This document shows, one piece after another, positions 1 through 11,914 of a stretch of DNA of 46,038 bases. Source of the DNA: Dimargaris cristalligena (lineage: Eukaryota); the NCBI GenBank assembly GCA_003614675.1, contig ML002296.1:1-46038 (forward strand). The letters are read 5' to 3'. The position numbers and the translations under genes were made by a program. How positions within the stretch are numbered: the first letter of the stretch is position 1; each line of letters begins with the position of its first letter. Below the pieces are notes generated by a model. That model ran no database searches, was not told the origin of the DNA, and saw nothing but the letters and a program-made list of their open reading frames with translations.

Positions 1-47
1 GAGGTTCGTAGATGGTCGTGAAGATAATAATGGTAATGATGGGAAGA
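1..47 (+). repeat. 47-bp exact duplicate of 1445-1491
   Basis: GAGGTTCGTAGATGGTCGTGAAGATAATAATGGTAATGATGGGAAGA occurs at 1-47 and 1445-1491; both copies are followed closely by G runs. Confidence 0.95.
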
Positions 48-274
48 GGGGGGGGGTTCGCAATAGGTATAGTTGGCAAACCGACATAGCACCATCAGTA
101 TACATGGGCACAAGTCTACCGTACAGTCGGGTACCCAATGAAGCAGACACAGTCTTCCCATGGGAAGGATGAGGGGGGTGCTAGAGAAGAATCCGCCGTT
201 AATTAACGGGGCGGGGTTGAATCCACCCTGAGGTTAACCCACGAATATGCAAATGGTCGCCCATGGACACGTAC

Positions 275-404
275 TATCTTTTAACACGGCTTCCAGGAGC
301 TTAGCCTTAGCTTGCTCGCGTCCCTCGATGGGACCACTCGTGGCCAGGAAGCGCAGGTTGGCATATTCCAGATTGGGGATCTGGGGGATGGTTTCTTCGG
401 ACAT
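275..404 (-). CDS. RPN7: Probable 26S proteasome lid subunit Rpn7, first exon only (rest lies off the left edge)
   Basis: Not in the ORF track. ATG at 404 reads MSEETIPQIPNLEYANLRFLATSGPIEGREQAKAKLLEAVLKD, then a GTACGT donor at 274. Resembles the fungal Rpn7 N-terminus (IPNL-x-A...LL-x-A-x-x-x-D, normally followed by MAPFY). Confidence 0.65.
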
Positions 405-1533
405 GGTCAATGAAAGTGATGAATAAAATAGGATGGGAAGTTAAAGAAATGGACAATGTAAAAGCACAATGGGTAAACTGAAGTGAGGGAGGGTGAGAAA
501 CGGGAAAGCAGTGATACTATATGAATAGGGAATGTAATATTGCGAGATGGACGGTTGGAAGCTGATGGAAACCAGCCAATGGAGAATGAACCTCCCATAC
601 TAACGTCCTAGCCAGCGGACCAACCAGGGCACGGGGTGGACGGCCGTTCAGCCTTAGGCCACGCGATATAGCACTATGGCTAGCTCAGGGGGATACGTAG
701 CAGACTCACGCTTACTAGTAATGACACTATGCTCGACTACTCTATCCCCGACATTGGGTAATATTCGAGGTAGCGGAGTTTTGAATACATGAGCAGATAT
801 TCAATTTCGCCGGCGAGCATCATAAGGCCAAATACAGCCCGGTTTACAAACCATGTATCCCAGTCCTCCTAAAGGATTGAGACGAAGAGTAGAGCTCCTC
901 CACAATGCTTTTTCCTGACCAACTCTCGGATTGATCTCGTAAATTCAAGGCATTCCCTTTACTATCAATACTAACGGGACAATAGGGAGGCTGCTGTTAG
1001 GCCCCATACACCATCTTTCACCGGTCTTCTCCGTGTAAAGCAATCACCATTCCCAAACCCTTTAAGTCCATCGAAGCAACTCTAGCATCGGCGAATCATT
1101 AGTTATATATCAATATATATTGGCATGTCAATCGTCAGTCTCCCACCCGGGGAAGAAAGCACCGGGTGCTTACAAAAAAATAAAAATTATAAGAACCGGC
1201 CAATGACAGTAAATGTGAATCAAGTAATACTATAAAAAAGCACGGTGTGCAATAATCATACATGGGCCCGAGGTAAATGAGCGGTCACTAGGAATGGAAA
1301 TGCTGTGGGGAAATCATTTGGCTCAATACATAGTTCAAAAAAAAACAACAAGTGTGCAAGAATGCAAGGGTTTGTAGCATGCGATCCAATATGTGAAACA
1401 GAAGAGAGCGTTGTTGATTAGTGGATTCGTTAAATTAGGTTCGTGAGGTTCGTAGATGGTCGTGAAGATAATAATGGTAATGATGGGAAGATTGGGGGGT
1501 GAGTGGGGGGGCACTAGGCTCGAGTACCACCGC

Positions 1534-4402
1534 CTAGTGAGACGCCGTGGTGGCTGTCGATGATAGGGATTCGACGGTGTGGGTGAGGGGCGAGCACGGC
1601 CAACTGGGTAATGGCTGGCTGGCCCAGTACTGGGTATCGCGTAGTTTACTGGACGACCGGTGGAGATTCTTCACCAACCCTTTTGGTGGTGTCGGATCTA
1701 ATAGGTTAATATGGGTAGTAGAAATGCTCCCTCGTAGAGAACCCAGCATCTGGGGGAACCGGGCCTGGGAGGGGGGCCGCCATAAAAGGTCGAAATTCCC
1801 GTTGACGGGGGTGGATGGGACCGACTGGGATACGTCGCTGATCAGCTGGGATTTCGGAGCAAAGCCCGGCAGGGCCCGGCGGTACCAGGTAAATTTGGGC
1901 GAAGCGCGGGCGGGGCTCGGTGAGGAGTTGGGATTGGTTTGCCGGACAATGCTGGGCGACGGGGGGAAGGTGGATGAGGGCGGGGGAGGAGGGGGTGGCT
2001 CTTTGCGAGTACCGAATAAACCGGCCATCTTCCGGGCCAGGGTGCCATATGGAGTGGAAGGGCGGCTTTGGGGCCGGGGGTGGGAATCGAGATTGTTTTC
2101 CTCCAAGACTAACCGGGCGAGGGCGGACGTCCACCGTTCCTTAACGGGCAAGGGGGAGGTGATGGTGGCCACGGGCGTGCCGTTGATGACCAGGCTGAAG
2201 TCGCACGAATGGGGACACGAGACCAGCTGAACCTTGCTTAAGGAAATATGACTGGTGGCCAAGGTCCACAGCGGGGCCAGGTCCGGACTGTCCGGCTTCC
2301 ATTCGGCAGTGGGGGTAGCTAGGCAGACGAGTAAAAAACTAGGGAGTAGCACCAGGCGAACCCGGGTGTGTTGGGAAGTAATGTCGGATATGGAATTGCG
2401 GAATACTTTGCGTATGCTGAATACCTGGTCCAGTAAAACCAGTTGTTTAGGCATATACCAAGGGCCGTCAGCCTCAAGGGCGTCAATGAGGGTGATTTCC
2501 GACGATGAATCGCACGACGACCCGATGCTTTGATTGATGAACAGGGAGTTGGGGTTGCCTAATAATTTGTACATGGCCTTGGACCCCGCCCCACCCAGCT
2601 TCTTGGACAGATCAATTTCGTCCAGGCGGAAGAACCACCGCTGCCAAACGGCCACATCCTCAAAGACCCGCGAGGTAATGTCCACCAACTCCTGCACCTG
2701 TTCGACTAGGGTAGACGTGGCTGGGTCCTCAGGGGATTCAACCAGGGCCCGGAGGCTGGTCACATAGGAGGTAAGGCGAAGGGCAGGGGTGGGTAGCTGG
2801 CACTGCCAGTGGGTAATACCAATGTGGGGGTCAGCTGCAGAACTTGGGAGGCCCAGCAGGCGGAGAACGCGGGGCTGATGCAGCAAATCGACGAATTGGG
2901 ACATGGCTTGGACGTAGCGGTTGATGTAGATGCGGTACGCCGCGGCCATTTTATTCATAGTATCAAGAAACTTGCTCCGGAGAAGCTGATCGGTAGGATC
3001 TTCGTACCGAGTATCAGTGGCCGACTGGTACATAGTCATAGCGAGTGAGCAAGAGAACAGTAGGGAACGGATAGGTAAGTACGCGTATAAAGGGTAAGTA
3101 GGGGCTATAATGTTAAGCTTATGCGAGTGGGAAAAAATGATTGGCAGGACTGAGGGGGTTCGGGCCAACTACTGGGAATGAAGAAGCAACTTACCGTCAC
3201 GAAATCAACGACCAGGTTGCGAATGTCCTGTACAGACTCAAACACTAGCGCGAGTGATTTGGCTTGAACGTAACCGTAGTCGCGTAGGGGGCGAATGGTG
3301 TCCTGATTGGCCAGTCAGGCATATTGTAAACAGTCAGTAGAAATAAAAGAGCGGGGTTAATTAGTACAAGTTAGTGGAATATATATCAGGTAACAGTGGA
3401 GGATTCTGGCACACTCCTCGCACCCTCCGCTTCTGGTAAGATGAGCGCATCCTACCGATTTGGATGATGAACCATAAGGGCAAGATTGGCGTGTGCAAAG
3501 TCCGCCTGGAACCAATAGCGCTAGTGCAATACTGTCCGTGGGCTAAGAAAATATACTCAACTGCATCTAGACAACCGTGCACCAACACAGACTCCCCTTT
3601 ATGGTAAGCCGATGCGAGAATCCTGATGCTTCGGAGCAACTCGCAGGCCTAATCATTGGGCGGGTGGAATGCCTTGGAAGAAGTAGGCGGAGTTCTACCA
3701 CCGAGTACCCTCTCGCGTAGAATGACAATGAATCCCCGCCCACCTATTTACTCGTCAGGACCGCATGGGCCAATAATCAGATCTTTGGGTATTCAATGAG
3801 ATACACCCCCTTCACCAAAATATTTCTGTATGCTTACCCTGACACATTCTTCGAGGCGATTGGCATAAGTTTCTTCATCTTCTAGGAACGAGTCCCAGTT
3901 CCATAGCTATTATGAATTGACGAAGGATGCCCACATACGGTTATGATAGAAAACAAACCAGGGTAGATAGAAAGCGTGTTTTGTAATTAGCCAAGCAGTT
4001 ACATGGGTCGATGGTCAGGATGGTAGGACAAAGATTGGGCATAAAAGAAATTATACATGGTTAAGAAACTGGAAATCAACTGATGGAAAAATGGAATAGC
4101 AATCCCGATGGTAACCCTGCCCTCATGTTTACAGATATGGCAGTGCTGGCCAGGGGGGGGTGGCCTGGAAGTTTTACAGTTCTTGGGTGTAGGCTATAAG
4201 TAAACGACTCGCCAAAGCCGGGTCCATACTCTGTACGAAATCCAGGCAGAACCGGCTACTACATAAACGGTGCGCCAACAAATAGATAGCCAGGCAGGAT
4301 TGATGGAATGGCAGAACAAGCCCGCCCATAGACATGTGTGGATAATCCAGTGGTTATGGATAGCTATGCCGAGTTACTTACCGGTGTTATTTTGTTATTC
4401 AT
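1534..4402 (-). CDS. Rho-family guanine nucleotide exchange factor-like protein (DH + PH, Pro/Ser-rich tail), 4 exons, ~562 aa
   Basis: Exons 4402-4382 (MNNKITP|GTAAGT), 3906-3838 (LWNWDSFLEDEETYANRLEECVR|GTAAGC), 3302-3195 (DTIRPLRD...LVFESVQDIRNLVVDFVT|GTAAGT) and 3024-1534, all phase 0 with YAG acceptors. E-x-x-Y-x-x-x-L, IRPL...VF-x-x-V-x-x-I, Y-x-x-YINRY and P-x-x-RL-x-x-Y match DH conserved regions; a PH-like segment follows. Confidence 0.7.
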
Positions 4403-4694
4403 GCCTGTTGTGTATGTGATGGTGCGACGGTCAAACAAAGAATGGTCGACTGGCTTTCTTAAAAAATCAAATGTTGAGGTTGAGGTCGAGGTAGTAGGAA
4501 GACCAGGCACTGAGAAAATGGGGGGGCCAAACGGTGGAATAAGTGAGGGGAGGAAGCAATTATTTTAAAAGGCTGTGAATAGCGGTGGGGGAATCGCACA
4601 CCAAATAGACGGCACCCTGGATAAAAGTAGTGATATTGAAAGTGGGTGACTGTAGTGAAGAAGGTGTGAGAGTAAAGGGAGGCGGCGAGGGGAA

Positions 4695-4701
4695 TTTTAT
4701 A
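4695..4701 (-). promoter_or_regulatory. TATA box upstream of the RhoGEF-like gene
   Basis: TATAAAA on the minus strand followed by a pyrimidine-rich leader, ~300 nt upstream of ATG 4402. Confidence 0.4.
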
Positions 4702-4999
4702 GAGTGCTCTCAAGGAGGGGGGAGGATTGACCAAGTTTTAAATAGCCCACCGGAGAGTATGGAGAGCGGCTGAAGCCAAGCGGAAGAAAAGGAGGGGAAG
4801 GAGGGAGCCAAAGAACGCCAGGGCTATACTGAAAAATAATGAGTGAACGGGTCAGAGGCAACCCAGTGGGATTCGGTCAGGCTATACTGAGAGAAAGCAA
4901 GCGAAAACGAAAACAGCGGCGGCCCGGGACCAGGGGCAAAGAAGTGGTGCGGGTGGGCCGGAAAGGGCAGCAGACGCAGAGTTGTGCCGGGTAGCGACT

Positions 5000-6600
5000 G
5001 ATTTAGAAAAAGAGTTAAGGAGAGGTCAAGTAGCTATCACAAGGGGGAGCGTGAGAGGGGGGAGAGAGAATAACAGTCGAAATTGAAACTATCGAAAGAG
5101 ACAATGGCAGGTTCTGATCGAATTATTAGGAGTGGCTGGATCAAGTGCCCCAAGTCAGGAGAATGGGTGAGGAGAATACGCTGAGGCCTGGCGAATAATG
5201 GGTGGAAGCAGGGAGAGACGGAATCAATAAAAGGCATATCCAGCGGGAGTGATTCCAGAAGGTACACAGACACTGAAAATAATGAAAACAACAGTCAAGT
5301 CTACGGAGGGGAGGGGGGGACCATGGAATAGGCCAGGCATGTGCGGGTAATAAGAGCAACGTAGGACAATTTCCACGTACACACGTCAAGCATGGGCAAA
5401 TGAAAAATGCAGAAAGGCCGTGGTCGCTCAGGCGGGAAATGAGTCTAGCGAGCGGTATGCTATGGTATCGTATGGAATAGAATGGGCGTTCCACCTATGG
5501 TATTCCGGAAGGGGATGCGGCTCGTTTACCAAATGGTAATGGGAATGGAGTCGGTAACTAAGATATTAAAAGTGCTCGAGCGAACGCTCTCCTGGAACGC
5601 TCTCGAGTGAAGAGATGGGGGAGAGAGAGAGAGACAGAGAAGAGCTGTAGTAAAGCTGATGGGCAAGCCGCAGAAACAGGGCTCCAGCGACGTTACCGTT
5701 GAGGGTTGGGGCGGGTAGAGTGTGAGGCAAGACGCATAAGAAGGCAAGGCGCGAGGGGGCGGACAGTGAAGTGACTGCTCGCGTGGACGTGGATGCGTGG
5801 AACCAGTCTAAAAGTAAACGAGTTTGGTCAGCAGTGGCAGCGAAGAAATTCAAGGCACTGGGGAAGAGAGGGGAGAGGACGAATCGGGTTGAAGGATCGC
5901 CTACTAATCGAAGTTTCAAGGTGATGCAGCCGGGATAATAGCAAAGAGAGACCAGTGGGTGGTATATACGGGGGGAGGGAGTGGTAAAGTGCCCAGGTGA
6001 AGTGGAGCGTTGAGGATATAGGTAAATGGAGTTGGGGGGGAGCAATGAAGAGCCAGACCGACGCAGAGAATAATGCAGGGGAAATGATGTTGCCGCCTTG
6101 GCCAGGGTGGTAGGAGAGTCGTTGTAATGTCAATGTAGAAATGCCAAGTTCCCCTTGGACAAGTTAATCGGGGTGCGTAAGGAAATACGGAGGCTATGGG
6201 GGCAGAGAGAAGGGGTTAGTTGTAAGTTGGAAACTACCGGCATACCAGGCGGGGACTATCGGCCCTTTATAGCCCATAGCTAGATGTCCATCTGGGTTGG
6301 CGGGGTTGATCCAGGCCCCAAATTGAACGGGTCCACCAAATATGGACGAATCTAGTGTTTTTGGGTAAGGCCGATATTGTTCCAACGAAGCACAGACGAC
6401 GGTGGAAGAATTCCGCGGGTGTTGAAGTGAGAACTAAACCCAATGGCAATCCCCAACAATTCACCGCTGACCTGTGAGAGCGGGGATGGGATTTCCTAGC
6501 CCGGAAGACAAAACCTATGTACCCGGGCCAGCGAAGAACAAGCGGTGAGGCCCCCCACACAGGGCACTTTCCCACCTATTCCACCGCCATACTCGCCGTT
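5000..6600 (-). mobile_element. Heavily decayed non-LTR retrotransposon (LINE ORF2, post-RT part); boundaries approximate
   Basis: Broken minus-strand frames give, in the expected order: LRWPGYIGF (cf. RYLG), RRLCFVGTISALPKNTRFVHIWW (cf. RxLSxxGRxxLxxxxxxSxLWY), QGELGISTLTLQ (cf. GGLGI) and WKLSYVALITR...ESLPLDMPF (cf. zf-RVT). Many stops and frameshifts. Confidence 0.45.
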
Positions 6601-9600
6601 GCTATCTAACGGGGAAGGTAGGCTCATTTTACAATCACTTAATGCAGATGCCCAGCCAAGACTTGCCATCAATTTGCTCAAGGGGAATTCGGAGGAGGCA
6701 GGCCAGCGCATGATTTCGTGGACAACATATTGTATCCGGCTACTTAGAGATTAACAAAATACCCCAACATACCAGGGGTGTAATTATACCCAATTACCCT
6801 ATGGCATAACCCAGCGAATACCTGAAGGCTCGTCGCTAGCTTCCATATAATTACCAACATAGCTACGCTCGCCATCCGATAAAGACAAATGTAGGCCCAG
6901 TAGAGTGGATGTTGATTGGCTAGTTGCTTGTTTTCTAAAATGTAGGTGCACTTTGATCCAGTGAGGGTGAAACAGGGTTAGAGTGAACCCCGCTCTCTTG
7001 TGGTATAATGGGGGAAGCCGACTACCGCACTGAGCAAACCGAACTGTACTTGGCCCTTTTTCTATATATCCTTATTATTGAGTGTGCAGTGGGCCAGCGC
7101 TAAGATGGGACCAGGAACCACAGAGAGAAGTAGTAGTAGTAGTGATGAATATCACATTTGGTAATAAGCACCCACGATCATTTAGAGTATGGATAGGTAT
7201 GTGTTGCTATTGAGTCAGCTGTAGCTCCCACGGAATTATGACTAACTGTGGATAACACACTAACTAAAGGTCGTTTCGTAGGCTTAGTCAACATGTTCCC
7301 AGGCAAAGGGTGCTAGCGTAATTTCCAAAGAAGGTCGACGGGTTAGAAAATCCCCTCCTCCCCAAAGCCTTTGGACATTAAAAATTACGGCTGTTACAGA
7401 GCGGACCGGGCTAATGGATACGGGTGCTGAATCGTGTCAAAGTAGTATAATAGGAAGAAATCAGTGAAAAGCACCATAGTGACGTGGGTAGGTAAATACT
7501 GTATTTGAACTACCTCAAAGAGCTAAGACACGGGGTCTTGCCAGAAAGAAAGCGGATTTTTTTTTTGCAAGTGCATACGCCGGTGTTTAGAAGGCTCTTT
7601 CGAGCATACCGATCGAGAATCTTAAGTTGCTGATTTAAATGGAGTCTTATCGCCAAAGTGGCTTTAGTATTGGTGGGTTAGCCAATATTACGTGGTTATT
7701 TGCATTTCCAGGGGCAGTCGACTTACAGCCCCAGCGGGGATGCTATGCTTCGAGCCGAGTTTTAAGTGAACCGAACAGCGTTCAGTGCTGCGCCGTGGCT
7801 AACATTGTCGGCAAAACACGTTATTCAAAGTCAGCGAGGCTGTTACACCGTACAACGAGTGTTATTGTAATAACACTTTGGATTGGACTTGAGGGCCATA
7901 CTTCTCAGGACTGGGTTTCTTTACACTAGTTATTTTCGCACCAAGGTATAGTAAAGGGAGACCAAGTTAGATTCACATGCCCGCACTCTCCAAAAAATAA
8001 AAACCCTTTGTGGCTGGCCGTGCGATAGTTGGGAAAGGCCAGCTTTCAGTGCACTGGGAAACAGATGCCTCTGAAATACGCTGTCTTTAAATCCCTTTTG
8101 ATGATATTTCCCAAACAGTACGCCATCCTAGGTCAGCTACATTTGGGTTCAGGGGTGAATTATTTTTAGCAGCCCGGATATAATAATTTTCATGTTGGCA
8201 GTCCTCAACTGTATGGGGTAACCCTGGTCGTTAAATTGTCTACCTGGTCGCCTCACACTCGTAATTGGGGGAGCGGTAGTGTTGAAGGAAAATAGTGGGG
8301 AAAAGATTGGGGGAAAAATAATTGCCCAATGCACACAGCTGTTGCTTGCAAGTACGCTTTAACAGGCCACTGCAACCGCGGTTGATTGGAATGAACGACG
8401 CTAGTTAGACGTGATACACTATCCCCGCCCAAAATGGTAGAGGTTTGTCCGTTAAATCCCCGATTAGGCCCCCGTAGCGATCATTATGGGAGGGCGTCTG
8501 ACGTCAGTACCCGGTGTACTCAATTTAATATAGAGGGTAAATTCAAAACCAAACTAACATGGGTAGAGCCCGCATTACATTGCAGCTATTTTGGGCAATG
8601 TTTATATTTGAGAATCCAGGTATTTCATTGAGCTGGGTTATAATGCTTTATCAGGAAGGGGACCATTGCTCTATCGGTACAGTATCTGTAGAGCCGGCTT
8701 CGATTTTTCGACTGAACTAGCACCCATGTCATGAGTGGTCTGGTCATAATGATGTTCACGGCTCAGATAATTCAATCGCGTGGGTATCTATCAGCGGTTC
8801 ATCCTTTGGATTGACGGCTCGTTACGCCGGTTTATCTGATTGTGATGAATTAACCGGGGAGTTTATTTTTATCTCGCCGTTCCCACCTGCCGCATGGGTA
8901 ATCTGCAACAAACCGTGTCTATAAAAATATTTACGATGTATCCGGTGGGGTGAGTGTGGTCGGGTGAACTCGAGGACAATAAGCAGGGGTCAGTTCGAAT
9001 ATAATAAGTATTAGTGGCTACGGGAAGATGCAACAGCCACTGTCTCAGATGCACTTCGCTGAGCTCCTTTGTATATACTGCCAGTTGGGATGAACTACGC
9101 ATTGGTGCTTGCAATTGTATGTGGGCATTTAGTTTGGACAGAGTGGCATGGCAACTCGAACCCGTTTCCCACCTCCGCCCTTTTTACCAATATAACCGCC
9201 AATTTACATAATCACAGCTTCGTCAGTGTTTATGGGAACACCTATCACCTATACCTTTATATATGGGTCTATCTGTGTTGAATAAGTATAGATTTAACCC
9301 CACTATAAAGGGGATCCCGAGTGGATTTGGCTTTGCGAAGTAGCCTGTACTGGAAGATACTATGTTTAAAGCCAGGGGGCGGTTACCGAATGCCAGCTGT
9401 AAAATATCTCAAATAAGATGGTAGAATGTATCACCAGTTGGGTCATGTGCCCCCCCCCCAAAAAAAAGAACAGGTTTACTAAACTACGGTCTCAATTGAA
9501 AATGGTGATCATCTGGGCTTTGCGCATATTAAATAAAGACTGGTTGAGTATTAACGAACACCGTAAAACCCCCATCAGAGTGGTGATGGCTGATACCTGC

Positions 9601-10079
9601 ATGGGCGAATAGCCACGAGGAGTGGGATTTTGATATATAGCTAAATCGTCGTGTATTTTTGAACATTAAAGAATCAGAACCACCATAAAGGTTCAATAGG
9701 TAGGCCTTTGTGACTCGACTGCTACTTGCATATGTATATCGTTAATGAACTCGAGCCAAGTATATTTAATTATGTATACTGGTATAAGGCAGGGGTCAAT
9801 GGGTTCTATAAGCTTAGGTGGCCACTATAGATGTAGGCTGGATGATGCCGCTGTAAATGGGGGTCCTATCCAACAACAGGAACTAGTGGATAATGAATGG
9901 CAAGGAGGCTATCCATTGGGGTTGATTATGTACATTATAGCACCTATAGGTAGGGGACTACGGACTTTATGTATAGGAATAAGCCAACTTTTTAGCTATT
10001 GTGGTTGACTAAGGGCTCTTGTAAGTTGATACTGACTTGATGAATTGGTGGACTCAATAATTCAACCAATGAACTAACC

Positions 10080-10223
10080 ATATGGGAGAGGTTCAGTTAG
10101 ACTGTACAATGAGGAATGTATTTGATAAAACACGTATTACTAGCTAAATAGAAATACTTCGCTTATTTTCCCATAAAAATATAGTATATTGAATTTTATA
10201 CATTGGTTAAAATTTACCCATAT
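10080..10223 (+). mobile_element. 144-bp MITE-like element, copy 1
   Basis: Starts ATATGGGAGAGGTTCA and ends AATTTACCCATAT (inverted ATATGGG ends). Body aligns with 32209-32352 (opposite strand), 15270-15381 and 45984-46038. Confidence 0.75.
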
Positions 10224-11266
10224 CAAATAGATAGGGCGAGATTACATTGAGATGGCTCATTTAATGTCCCAACCGCCGAGAGGTATTGGGGGCGGAATCG
10301 GGGAATAATTGTAGTAGTGGATGCCTTGAAATAATTGTAGCGGACTTGGCTTGCACCTCCTCCTCTCTTTCCAACTGTATTTTTTCACCTGGCTGCTTAA
10401 ACCTGGACAGATGCTGACGCTTGTGGAGTGGGAGGAGGGGGTAGTGGTATTCAAAAGCGCAAGGGTAGACCAACCACCAGACCCGTGTTTGGTCGATCCC
10501 TCGATAAAAGGAAAGGGGGTTGGGGCATTATTAAAGAGACCATACTGCTGAATGGATCGGTATGACAATACTCTAGCCGGCACTGTGTTGGGCTGTATTT
10601 AATCTTGGAGAAATGATTGATGTTGCAGTTGCGGGTGTAAAAGTTGAGGGGGGGGGCACCTATTATTACTCCATCGGTACTATGGCTGTTATCATCACCC
10701 CTTTGGCGATAATGGTGGAGACCGAAGAGCTATTGGTAGATGGGGATGGTATCGAACCATCAGAGATAGTAGAGGCATCAGCTGTTTTGGAATAAAACAT
10801 AAGCTAAAGAATGGAGCGAGAATAGCTTATATTATAAATGACCAGAGATATCCATCAAAAGAGAAATTATATGTTGTTTACAAAGCCATTTATTATTGAA
10901 CATATTTTTAGGCAAGGTTCCTGAATTGGCAAGCGAACCAGGCAAGTTATAAACAAAACATAGTGAGTTTCTTCGAAAAGGGTTCCCCGGAAAGGGGCCA
11001 TAAAATAACTAAATCAATATTATATTTTCATTATACAATCTAAATAATTGGACATCATCGATTCCATCGTACTGTTTATCGGCTGAACTGGTAGCGGAGC
11101 ACTAGCGGTCGATAGTGAAACATTTCACGGCACTGTATTTTACCGTTGATAATATTTCTGTGAGTTGGCTGATGATAGGAGGGGCGGTATGGCTTCTTGT
11201 AAATCCCCATTGGTACCATAACCATCCCTGCCATCGCCCCCGACCCTATGCAAACTACTGTTATTG

Positions 11267-11914
11267 CTATCCTTCGACACCCGGGAGCCGTACGTTGCTG
11301 CGCTTGATTTCTTCTGCCTTTGACTGCCAGTTCTTGTCATAACCCGCGAATCGGTCCGAAAATTTACCCGCCCAATTGGCCGCACGTCCGACCGTCTGTT
11401 GCTTAACACGTTGAGTCAAGGAAGGTTGGCCGGTATTCTTCTCCTTCGCCGGGAGATACCATCTACTCCACGGGGTAGTAGTGGCGGTACTTGGGGTCGC
11501 ATTAGACCCGTATCGAAGGGCGAATCGATCGGCCCCATGAGCGAGCGAACCCAGCGTCTGCTGTTTAAGCTTCTCCCTCCGGCTATGGACCGCCCATTCC
11601 TGAATGGCCTCCCGGGATTTGCGGAACTTCTCGGGTCCATTGAGGCGGTAAAAACCGGCCTTCGTATGGAAGTGATTGTTGTTTATGTCCACCGACTTTA
11701 ATTTCCGGCCCCGCTCGACTCGGTGGAGCGTATTGAGAAATTTGTGGGCTTGGCGAGCGGACTTTTGCATTGCTTCTTTGGTAGGTAATTTCTTTTCGTC
11801 GGCGGAAGACTGTGTAGGGCCACGAACGCTCTCGGCGGCAGTGGCTTGGGATGGGACCACCGTGAGGGACCCGATAAGGGTCACGAGAAGGGCGCACCAC
11901 AGTACGGTTCGCAT
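11267..11914 (-). CDS. Secreted, basic hypothetical protein (215 aa) with an internal ~20-aa repeat
   Basis: Good start context (accgccATG), hydrophobic signal peptide MRTVLWCALLVTLIGSLTVVPSQATA, intronless and K/R-rich; no family recognised. Confidence 0.75.
   Translation of the reverse strand: MRTVLWCALLVTLIGSLTVVPSQATAAESVRGPTQSSADEKKLPTKEAMQKSARQAHKFLNTLHRVERGRKLKSVDINNNHFHTKAGFYRLNGPEKFRKSREAIQEWAVHSRREKLKQQTLGSLAHGADRFALRYGSNATPSTATTTPWSRWYLPAKEKNTGQPSLTQRVKQQTVGRAANWAGKFSDRFAGYDKNWQSKAEEIKRSNVRLPGVEG

Noticed and set aside
6800-10000. Short ORFs and weak similarities to ~12900 and ~26000-26140
   Set aside because: Matches are only 12-15 nt and cannot be extended by eye; the ORFs lack coding signals.
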